Position numbers and translations under genes: made by a program. Positions 1-7,293 of a stretch of 13,912 bases of DNA are shown piece by piece (the stretch's first letter is position 1; each line of letters opens with the position of its first letter). Source of the DNA: Candidatus Hadarchaeales archaeon (lineage in GTDB: Archaea > Hadarchaeota > Hadarchaeia > Hadarchaeales > Hadarchaeaceae); contig JAVZGN010000022.1 of the NCBI GenBank assembly GCA_038872135.1, forward strand, positions 1-13,912. The letters are read 5' to 3'. Below the pieces are notes generated by a model. The model was not told the DNA's origin, made no database searches, and was given only the letters and a program-made list of their open reading frames with translations.

Positions 1-52
1 TTATCGGAAGGGTGATCGCCCCGAAGGCCTGAAGGATATCCATCAATATCAT
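1..52 (-). CDS. 5' end of a minus-strand gene running off the window (MILMDILQAFGAITLPI...), function unknown, hydrophobic N-terminus
   Basis: ATG at 52-50 with a perfect SD GGAGGTGA at 67-60; frame open to the window edge. Only 17 codons are visible. Confidence 0.6.
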   Translation of the reverse strand, partial: MILMDILQAFGAITLPI

Positions 53-107
53 CTTTCTTTCACCTCCTATTTCTCCTTTTCCCGCCAAAGTTTTGCGAGG
101 AGCTTGC

Positions 108-114
108 TTATAAA
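108..114 (-). promoter_or_regulatory. Candidate TATA box (TTTATAA) for the edge gene
   Basis: Reverse complement of ttataaa, about 55 nt upstream of the ATG. The upstream BRE is not purine-rich, so this is a weak call. Confidence 0.35.
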
Positions 115-241
115 GAGAGAAAAAATCGCGCGTACCGGTTCAAGCATTCTAGAATATTGAGATGTATCACCAGCTAGTCCTACTCTTTATCTACGATTTT
201 TGTTCTGGGAATTTATGCCGGGTTAATCCATGGCCCAGTTC

Positions 242-679
242 TTACGCTCGGCTTCCCTGCCAGGTGCCGGTGTCCCCTGTCGGTGTCGCCCAAGTCCCAG
301 ACATCGAATTCCCAGAAACGGTGCCCGTAAATGTAGCCCCAGCAGCCCATCCTATCGTTATTTGATTGCCACTGAGAGAGATTGCCACAGGTAGATTTTG
401 TCCCGAGTATTTTCCACTGATAGTCAAGCTTCCAGAATAAGTGTTGGCTCCGGTGCTTTGGATCACGCACGTAAAGCTACCTCCGCCCCCCTGGTTGCTT
501 GTGTAGGTTCCGCTCCATGTCCCAACAATGTCAACGGTTTGACCAGCTCCGCCTGTTCCTCCGCCTCCAGATGTTCCCGTTGGCGTCCCTTGCGTAATGA
601 TATACACTGCTCCCACTGCAACCAATGCGAGGACGATTACTGCAACAATAACCAAATGGCTCATCCCTCTTTGATTCAT
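242..679 (-). CDS. Small surface/membrane-anchored protein with class III (type IV pilin-like) signal peptide, Gly/Thr linker and predicted all-beta domain
   Basis: MNQRG|MSHLVIVAVIVLALVAVGAVYII matches the [KR]G|xS + hydrophobic helix pattern. It is followed by a GTPTGTSGGGGTGGAG linker and beta-strand-like segments (VGTWSGTY...MSGTW...GTWQGSR). SD GGAGG at 692-688; BRE/TATA upstream. Confidence 0.8.
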   Translation of the reverse strand: MNQRGMSHLVIVAVIVLALVAVGAVYIITQGTPTGTSGGGGTGGAGQTVDIVGTWSGTYTSNQGGGGSFTCVIQSTGANTYSGSLTISGKYSGQNLPVAISLSGNQITIGWAAGATFTGTVSGNSMSGTWATPTGDTGTWQGSRA

Positions 680-714
680 GGTTCCAACCTCCTAAAAACT
701 GCAGCATCTGTGTT

Positions 715-729
715 TTTTTAAACTTTCCG
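715..729 (-). promoter_or_regulatory. BRE + TATA promoter (CGGAAAG TTTAAAAA) for the 242..679 gene
   Basis: Near-consensus archaeal BRE directly followed by TTTAAAAA, 36 nt upstream of the ATG. Confidence 0.65.
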
Positions 730-867
730 ATGAGACTGCTTTAAAATGAAGACAATGAGTTGAATTTCTCTTGAACATGATAATCTCGAGGAAAGCGTTC
801 AACTTAGCGATTCTAAAGCGCTCCGCATGCTGACAAATTAAATTTAACACAATTTCTGAAAATGGTT

Positions 868-883
868 CAAAAATTATTTAAAA
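868..883 (+). promoter_or_regulatory. BRE/TATA promoter (CAAAAA tta TTTAAAA) for the TIM-barrel/kinase unit, probably leaderless
   Basis: TTTAAAA at 877-883 lies at -33..-27 from ATG 910; there is no SD before the ATG. Confidence 0.55.
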
Positions 884-909
884 TGTTATGTCATCTCATT
901 AATGTTTAA

Positions 910-1878
910 ATGAAGATTGGAAGAGACTTCACAAATCTCCTCTACATCAGATACCTCGGTGAGGAGGAAAAGAAGAAGCTAGAGGAAGGAACCTTCACCG
1001 TTCCAGACATGGATGCTACGGTCCAGATGATGGCAAAGAGAGACATCGCTGGGCAGGTCCAGGTAGCAAAGGAGCTAGGACTAGACCATGTAGAGCTAGA
1101 TGGTGCAGTCCCCAACCCATACCTCTCTTTCACCCAAGAGGAGAAAGAAGCTGCTAGAACCGCAGCAAAAAAAGCCGGCATAACTCTTTCCCTTCACCTT
1201 CCCTACACCTACGTCGCCGGAAGCTTCTGTGCCCCCCATGAGTCTGACAGGGAAAAAGCCGTTGAGCTGATGAAGAGATATGTGGACTTTGCATCGGAAA
1301 TAGGGTGCAGGTATGTTAATGCCCATCCAGGGGTTGTTCCCTTCTACCACGCAGTTGGAAAATATCTCGATCTCATCCGAGAAAGCCTTCTGAAAAGCAC
1401 CGTTGAACTCGCAGAATACTCCAAATCGCGAGGCGTGATTTTTGTCCTCGAGAACAACACAGCTTTCGATGGAGCCTTCTATGAGCCGGAAGATCTCTGC
1501 CAGATTATAGAGGAAGCGAGAAGTCAAGGGATAGAAGTTTATTTAAATTTCGATATCGGCCACTGGTTCACGAGAGCTGATGTTGGAAAAGATATCCCAA
1601 ACCCGCCTGAAAAAATCATGGAAGAAATTCCAGATGGAATGTTCAAGGAACTCCATCTGAACGACTATGTCCCGGGAAAGAGGCTCTTCCACCCGCCACT
1701 CCATGAAGGAGTTGGGCCGCTAAAGCGTGAAAACTTGGTGAGATACGCTGAGATTGTGAAAAGAAAAAATGCAGAGCTGATCGTCCTCGAGACTGCAATA
1801 AAAACTAGAGAGCAGGCTCTCGCAAGCGGAGAAATTTTGAAAGAGGAAACAAAATTTATCAGGGAGATTTTTAGGTGA
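910..1878 (+). CDS. Xylose isomerase-like / AP endonuclease 2 (EndoIV-type) TIM-barrel metalloenzyme ('sugar phosphate isomerase/epimerase' family), substrate unknown
   Basis: Family motifs AKELGLDHVEL, LSLHLPY, VNAHPG, VLENN, FDIGH, LHLND, FHPPL, IVLET occur in the expected order. Confidence 0.85.
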   Translation: MKIGRDFTNLLYIRYLGEEEKKKLEEGTFTVPDMDATVQMMAKRDIAGQVQVAKELGLDHVELDGAVPNPYLSFTQEEKEAARTAAKKAGITLSLHLPYTYVAGSFCAPHESDREKAVELMKRYVDFASEIGCRYVNAHPGVVPFYHAVGKYLDLIRESLLKSTVELAEYSKSRGVIFVLENNTAFDGAFYEPEDLCQIIEEARSQGIEVYLNFDIGHWFTRADVGKDIPNPPEKIMEEIPDGMFKELHLNDYVPGKRLFHPPLHEGVGPLKRENLVRYAEIVKRKNAELIVLETAIKTREQALASGEILKEETKFIREIFR

Positions 1879-1884
1879 AATCAA

Positions 1885-2499
1885 ATGGTAAATGTCTTCC
1901 TCCTCGGGAGACCTGGGTGCGGGAAGTCTGCCGTTTTTCACATCTTGGAAAGAAAACTGAGGAGCAGAGGCTACAAGGGAGAAATAAAGAGAATAGACGA
2001 CTTCCCGATCCTGAAGAAAATCTTTGAAACGGATACTGAGTTCAAACGTCATCGCCCCTGCCCGGAGGGCGGAGTCAAAGTCACCGACGATACCGTCTGG
2101 GATGATCTGATAAAAGGGCTTGACCAGCAAGCAAAAGAATTTCTGGATAAAGACATCATCCTCTTCATAGAATTTTCTAGGGACAGCTATCGAAGGGCCT
2201 TTAGAAATTTCAGCCCAGAGGTGTTAAAAGATTCTATAGTTGTCTACATCGACGCCCCATTCGACGTCTGCTGGGAAAGAAATGTCCGGAGGGCAAAACT
2301 GGAGAAAGGCCTAGATGCCCATCTGGTCTCAAGAGAAGAAATGGAAAAGACATATCTTTATGACGACCACGAAGAACTCCAAAAATATCTCAGCCAGCCC
2401 GTCATCGTCGTTAAAAATGATAGGGAGGGAACAGAGCTCTTGGAAAAAGAACTAGAAAAAGTTGTCGATATCATTGCCGAAAAATGGACAAAAAAATAA
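1885..2499 (+). CDS. P-loop kinase of the nucleoside/nucleotide-kinase (NMP kinase / PSTK-KTI12-like) fold, substrate unknown
   Basis: N-terminal Walker A FLLGRPGCGKS, IDD after strand 2, ILFIEFSR strand, lid motif YIDAPFDVCWERNVRR. SD AGGTGA overlaps the upstream stop codon; 6-nt gap to the TIM-barrel gene. Confidence 0.8.
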   Translation: MVNVFLLGRPGCGKSAVFHILERKLRSRGYKGEIKRIDDFPILKKIFETDTEFKRHRPCPEGGVKVTDDTVWDDLIKGLDQQAKEFLDKDIILFIEFSRDSYRRAFRNFSPEVLKDSIVVYIDAPFDVCWERNVRRAKLEKGLDAHLVSREEMEKTYLYDDHEELQKYLSQPVIVVKNDREGTELLEKELEKVVDIIAEKWTKK

Positions 2500-2532
2500 T
2501 TGGCTTTTGAAATTGTTAATCACGAGATCCCT

Positions 2533-2548
2533 CTGAAAATTTTATATA
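2533..2548 (+). promoter_or_regulatory. BRE + TATA promoter (CTGAAAA T TTTATATA) for the AOR gene, probably leaderless
   Basis: TTTATATA at 2541-2548 lies at -35..-28 from ATG 2576, with a purine-rich BRE upstream and no SD. Confidence 0.65.
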
Positions 2549-2575
2549 CATGGAAAAAAAGGGAAAAGAGATTCA

Positions 2576-4513
2576 ATGCACGGCTGGGCAGGAACTGTCC
2601 TGAGAGTCGACCTGAACAGGGAAAAGGTTTTGAAGGTTCCACTCGACCCAAGCGGCGCCACCAACTTCCTCGGCGGGAGAGGATTGAACTCCAAGGTCCT
2701 CTGGGACGAGATAAAGCCCGGAATCGATCCCCTTTCAAGAGAAAATGTGATCTGCTTTGCCGTCGGCCCGCTCACCGGAACTTCTTTAACAAGCACTAGC
2801 AGAATTCACGTCAGCACCCTCTCCCCGCTTACCAACATCCTCGGGGATGGAAACTCCGGGGGCTTTTTCCCGGCGATGATGAAATTTGCCGGCTATGATC
2901 AGATAATCATCTCTGGCAGGGCAAGCAAACCTGTCTACCTCCTCGTGGACGACGATCACGTGGAGCTCAAGGATGCCTCAGACCTTTGGGGCCGCACCAC
3001 CTGGGAGACCACCGACATGTTGAGAGAAACCCACGGAAAGGATTTCTGGGTCATGAGCATTGGGCAGGCAGGGGAAAACCTCGTGAGGTTTGCCTGCACA
3101 GTTTTCGACAGGCACTTCACCGCGGCTCGTGGAAGTGGCGCTGTCTGCGGGGTAAAAAACTTCAAAGCAATTGCCCTCAGAGGGACCAAAAAAGTCCAGC
3201 TAGCTGATCCAAAAAGATTTCAGGAGCTGGCAATGGAGGATAACAGGTTCTTCCTCACAGACCCAACCCAGAGAAAAATCGCAAAATATGGGACTCATCT
3301 CGGGATGCTCGGATGGTGGCCAGGCTACCGATACTTCCAGAAATATCTCTCGGCGAGCGATGTTCCACCAGAACTCACGCCGGAGGGGTGGAAGAAGTAT
3401 GAGGTGAGAAGGGCCGCCTGCTATGGGTGCGTGGTGAGCTGCAGGGATGTTTACAAGATTCCAGAAGGTAAGTATAAGGATGAGGTTGGAGTTGCTCTCG
3501 AGTATGAAACAATCTTCTGCTGCGGGACAAACTGCGGCATAACCAAACCTGTGGAGATAATGGTCATGGGCAACCTAGCCGACAAGTATGGGATGTGCAC
3601 GATACCCCTTGGAAATGTCATTGCCTTCGCAAAAGAGCTCTACGCCAGGGGAATAATCACAAAAAAAGATACAGGTGGCCTCTCCCTCGACTGGGAAAAT
3701 GCCGACGATCAGATAGAGCTCATTCACAGGATAGCGCTGAGGGAAGGCTTCGGCAACATCCTCGCTGAGGGAATGTACGGTGTGGCGAAGAGATATGGGG
3801 AGAAAGCCATGGATTACTGTTATCACGTGAAGGGAACCTGCAGAGGACCATCAGACTATCCAGTTGGAGTTTTCACCCTTGCCCATGCCACATCCACCAG
3901 GGGAGCTGACCATCTCAGGGGGAGAAGCTGGGCCTTTGGGGAGAATGACCCTGAGATTTTCCCCAAACTTTCCAAGGAGGGCTATGTCCCCAAGGATCCT
4001 GTTCCAGCGCTGATAGTCTCTGAAAACGCGTGCACCCTTGCGGATTCCATTGGCCGATGTAAGGGAAGTGTCAACAACTGGGCGGCCGCTGTCCCCCTCG
4101 TCCACAGATATCCTCTTTGGGAGGGGGTCGCAAAAATCCTCAGCGCCGCCACTGGCGTGGAGTTCACGGTGAAAACCATCGTTGACGCCCTAGAGAGAAT
4201 TTATTCCATCGAGAGGGCGTTCCTGATCAGGCAGGGGATAAAAAGAAAAGATGATCGGCTGGTTCTCCGTCCCCACCTGAAAGGAACAGAAGAGGGGGCA
4301 AGGGAAATAGCAAACCACGAGAGGCTCCTCACCGAGTACTACACTCGCCGCCAGTGGGACCCCGTGAACGGCATCCCCACCAGGGAAAAATTGGAGAGCC
4401 TCGGGATGAAATATGTTGCAGATGAACTCGAGAGAAACATTCCCTACCCCGACTGGGATGGTCCCCCCTATTGGCCGCTTGAAAGATATCCTCACGGCGG
4501 AACTAGGGCTTAG
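2576..4513 (+). CDS. aor: Aldehyde:ferredoxin oxidoreductase family protein (tungstopterin, [4Fe-4S])
   Basis: MHGWAGTVLRVDL, FLGGRG, GPLTGT, SPLT, SGG, IGQAGENLV, CYGCVVSC plus DSIGRC (4Fe-4S ligands), EYET, RGADH, YY..R.WD..NGIPTREKLESLG. Confidence 0.93.
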   Translation: MHGWAGTVLRVDLNREKVLKVPLDPSGATNFLGGRGLNSKVLWDEIKPGIDPLSRENVICFAVGPLTGTSLTSTSRIHVSTLSPLTNILGDGNSGGFFPAMMKFAGYDQIIISGRASKPVYLLVDDDHVELKDASDLWGRTTWETTDMLRETHGKDFWVMSIGQAGENLVRFACTVFDRHFTAARGSGAVCGVKNFKAIALRGTKKVQLADPKRFQELAMEDNRFFLTDPTQRKIAKYGTHLGMLGWWPGYRYFQKYLSASDVPPELTPEGWKKYEVRRAACYGCVVSCRDVYKIPEGKYKDEVGVALEYETIFCCGTNCGITKPVEIMVMGNLADKYGMCTIPLGNVIAFAKELYARGIITKKDTGGLSLDWENADDQIELIHRIALREGFGNILAEGMYGVAKRYGEKAMDYCYHVKGTCRGPSDYPVGVFTLAHATSTRGADHLRGRSWAFGENDPEIFPKLSKEGYVPKDPVPALIVSENACTLADSIGRCKGSVNNWAAAVPLVHRYPLWEGVAKILSAATGVEFTVKTIVDALERIYSIERAFLIRQGIKRKDDRLVLRPHLKGTEEGAREIANHERLLTEYYTRRQWDPVNGIPTREKLESLGMKYVADELERNIPYPDWDGPPYWPLERYPHGGTRA

Positions 4514-6827
4514 ACTTTATTGCTTTCAAAACTTTCTCTGGCGTGAAAGGAGGCTCATATAGTCTCACACCAACAGCATTGTATATTGCATTTGAAATTG
4601 CCGGAAGCGGGCCGTTGATGCACACCTCTCCTATCGGCTTCGCCCCGAAGGGGCCTGAGGGCTCATAGCTTGGGACAAGAATCGTTGTAATTTCTGGGAT
4701 GTCTCTGCTCGTGAAAATCCTGTAACCGCCAAAGCTTGGGTTGAGAATGCGACCGCTACTGTCGAAAATCAATTCTTCAGTCAAAGCATAGCTAAGCCCT
4801 TGGACGACTGCCCCCTCCGCCTGTCCCTCCGCCAGCTGTGGGTTGATGGGCGTCCCGCAGTCCACCGCAACCACATATCGGGGTACCCTCACCTCACCCG
4901 TCTCGGTGTCGACCTCCACCTCCACGAAGTGGGCAGCATAGCATTGGGGCGGCAACTTGCTGAGAGCCGACCTCACCGCCGCTATCTGAAACTGATTTTT
5001 CGCGTAGGTGGCAAATTTTGCTATCTCATGGAACTCCACTCTCTTCCCTGTAGCCTTGGAAACAACGCCCTTCTTCTCCAGCCGGAGGTTCATCTGGGGC
5101 TCCCCGAGCATTTCTGCGGCAACCCTCAGGATCTGCTCTTTTATTGCTTCGGCGACCCTCAGGGTAGCCATTCCCGTGAGGTAGGTTGTGCCGGAGGCAT
5201 AGGCCCCTTTGTCAAACGGTGAGGTGTCTGTGTCCGATGGTTTGATGATCACATCGTCGGGAGAGATGTCAAGGACCTCGGCAAAAATCTGGGAGATGAC
5301 GGTGTCTGCACCAGTTCCAAGATCTGTGGCTCCTATGAGAAGGTGGAATGATCCGTCGTCGTTCATCTTTGCAAAAACAGACGCCATATCGATCAGGGGG
5401 ACTGTACCACCCTGAACTGTGCATGCCATCCCAACCCCTCTCCTAATCCTCCCCTCCTGCCTTTCTGCAGCGGCCCTCCTTTCTTTCCAGCCGAAGGCCT
5501 CCGCCCCCTTCCTGATGCATTCTGGAAGGGAATTGCTTTCGATCTTCATCGCCACCCCAGTCCCGGCTTCTCCCAGCTTCTCGAAGATTGGATGGGTATC
5601 TCCCTCTTTGACTATGTTCTTGAGCCAGAAGTCCACGGGATCTATCCCCAAAGCTTCCGCAAGCTCATCCATCATCACCCCCATGGCAAAAGCCGTGTAT
5701 GTTACCCCATAGCCCCTGAAGGCCCCACCGGGTGGAAGGTTTGTGTAGACGGCATCTGCAATCCACCGAATGTTCTCACATTTGAAGAGGGGAAGAGCTT
5801 TCGCACAGGTGTTGTTCATCACCGTCATCGCATGAGGGCCATAAGCTCCAGCATTGCTCAAAACCCTGAGATCTATGGCTGAAAGAGTTCCATCCCTCTT
5901 TGCCCCCACCTTGCATCTCAAGATCATTGGATGGCGGAGCCTTGCTGAAACAAACTCCTCCTCTCTTGTATAGACGAGCCTCACCGGGCGCTTTGTTCTC
6001 ATCGCAAGCATTGCACAGATATCTTCAATCAAGATTTCCTGCTTTCCACCAAAGCCTCCCCCAATCCTCGGCTTTATCACCCTGACCATCTTCTCCGGGA
6101 TCTGCAGACACTGGGCCACTATCCTCCTCGTGTGGAATGGGACTTGGGTGCTGCTCCTTATCACAAGCCTTCCATCCGGCTCGAAGTAGCAGATGCAGGA
6201 GTGGGGCTCAATAGAGCAGTGCTGCTGGGCGTGGACCTTGAACTTCCTCTCGAAGATGACATCAGCTTCGGCCATCGCTTTGTCAACATTTCCCGTCTCC
6301 AGCTCTATGTGGGCACACCGGTTGTGTTTCGGGTCATAAAAAACCGGGATTATAAACTTGCAGTCGGGCTCGTCGTGGATGACCGGGGCTCCTTCTGCCG
6401 TTGCCTGCTCTGGGTCGAAGATGGCCGGCAGCGGCTCATATTCCACTTTTATCAGCCTCAGGGCTTTTTCCGCCAGCTCCTCTGTCTCGGCAGCCACCGC
6501 CGCAACCCTGTCCCCAACATATCTCACCTTGCTATCGAACATCACTGTATCATAGGGGGAGGGCTCAGGAAAACCCTGCCCAGCAGTCGTGTGAACGACC
6601 CTCGGAACATTCTTGTAACATAGAACGGCGTGAACTCCCGGCAGCTTCTCTGCGGCGCTTGTGTCAATTTCTTTTATCCTGGCGTGGGGAAGAGGACTCC
6701 AGAGGATTTTTGCGTGGAGGAGGCCTTCTGGGTGCCAGTCATCGGTAAACATCGGTGCACCGGAGGCAAGGGCTATCCCATCGACCTTTTCAACGCTCTT
6801 CCCGACAACTCTTCCCTCAAACTTCAC
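4503..6827 (-). CDS. Xanthine dehydrogenase family molybdopterin-binding subunit, XdhD/YgfN-like; likely start GTG at 6827 rather than TTG at 6857
   Basis: VGKSVEKVDG, SPLPHARIKEIDT, KVRYVGDRVAAVAAE, EPH, SSTQVP, GGGFGGK, AFRGYG, DLGTGADT, GAYAS, GQAEGAVVQG, GPFGAKPIGE. SD GGAGGTG at 6840-6834 sits 6 nt before GTG 6827. Confidence 0.93.
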   Translation of the reverse strand: MKFEGRVVGKSVEKVDGIALASGAPMFTDDWHPEGLLHAKILWSPLPHARIKEIDTSAAEKLPGVHAVLCYKNVPRVVHTTAGQGFPEPSPYDTVMFDSKVRYVGDRVAAVAAETEELAEKALRLIKVEYEPLPAIFDPEQATAEGAPVIHDEPDCKFIIPVFYDPKHNRCAHIELETGNVDKAMAEADVIFERKFKVHAQQHCSIEPHSCICYFEPDGRLVIRSSTQVPFHTRRIVAQCLQIPEKMVRVIKPRIGGGFGGKQEILIEDICAMLAMRTKRPVRLVYTREEEFVSARLRHPMILRCKVGAKRDGTLSAIDLRVLSNAGAYGPHAMTVMNNTCAKALPLFKCENIRWIADAVYTNLPPGGAFRGYGVTYTAFAMGVMMDELAEALGIDPVDFWLKNIVKEGDTHPIFEKLGEAGTGVAMKIESNSLPECIRKGAEAFGWKERRAAAERQEGRIRRGVGMACTVQGGTVPLIDMASVFAKMNDDGSFHLLIGATDLGTGADTVISQIFAEVLDISPDDVIIKPSDTDTSPFDKGAYASGTTYLTGMATLRVAEAIKEQILRVAAEMLGEPQMNLRLEKKGVVSKATGKRVEFHEIAKFATYAKNQFQIAAVRSALSKLPPQCYAAHFVEVEVDTETGEVRVPRYVVAVDCGTPINPQLAEGQAEGAVVQGLSYALTEELIFDSSGRILNPSFGGYRIFTSRDIPEITTILVPSYEPSGPFGAKPIGEVCINGPLPAISNAIYNAVGVRLYEPPFTPEKVLKAIKSKP

Positions 6828-7293
6828 TTCTTCCACCTCCCATTTTTTCCGCCGCAATCTTCACCGCTTTGATTATTTTTACATAGCCCGTGCATCTGCA
6901 GAGAACACCATCCAGCGCCTTCTTTATCTCCTCCTCGGTTGGGTTGGGGATTTCATCCAAAAGGGCCTTGGTGCAGAGAATCATCGTCGGGGTGCAAAAT
7001 CCACACTGGACGGCTCCTGCTTCAACAAAGGCCTTTTGAATGGGATGGGGGTTGGAAATTGTGCCGAGGGCTTCGACCGTGGTTATTTCTTTCCCCATAG
7101 CTTGGGCGGCAAACATCATGCAGGATTTCACGGGCCTGCCGTCCACCAAAACAACGCAGGAACCGCAGTGGCCTGTCTCGCAGCCCTTCTTAACGCTTTT
7201 GTACCCATTTCTCCTCAAGACATCAAGAAGCCGCTCATGGGGCTCAAAGGAGAGGATTTTCTTTTCCCCATTTATTTTACATATTACCTCCAT
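6817..7293 (-). CDS. 2x[2Fe-2S] small subunit of the xanthine dehydrogenase family (CoxS/XdhC-like)
   Basis: GCETGHCGSC...C and QCGFC...LCRCTGY motifs; overlaps both neighbouring genes. Confidence 0.93.
   Translation of the reverse strand: MEVICKINGEKKILSFEPHERLLDVLRRNGYKSVKKGCETGHCGSCVVLVDGRPVKSCMMFAAQAMGKEITTVEALGTISNPHPIQKAFVEAGAVQCGFCTPTMILCTKALLDEIPNPTEEEIKKALDGVLCRCTGYVKIIKAVKIAAEKMGGGRSEV

Noticed and set aside
730..870. Possible ncRNA or repeat array in the AT-rich divergent intergenic region (AGTTGAA/TTCAACT and TTGAAC/GTTCAA inverted matches)
   Set aside because: The matches are short and widely spaced, there is no stable GC-rich stem, and there is no regular repeat-spacer pattern.
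1885..2499. Calling the kinase PSTK or adenylate kinase
   Set aside because: It lacks the PSTK C-terminal tRNA-binding domain and DDxxY motif, and lacks the adenylate kinase DG(F/Y)PR motif; only the fold can be supported.
4503..6827. Annotation as aerobic CO dehydrogenase (coxL)
   Set aside because: The form I active-site loop AYxCSFR is absent; AFRGYG is of the xanthine dehydrogenase family type.
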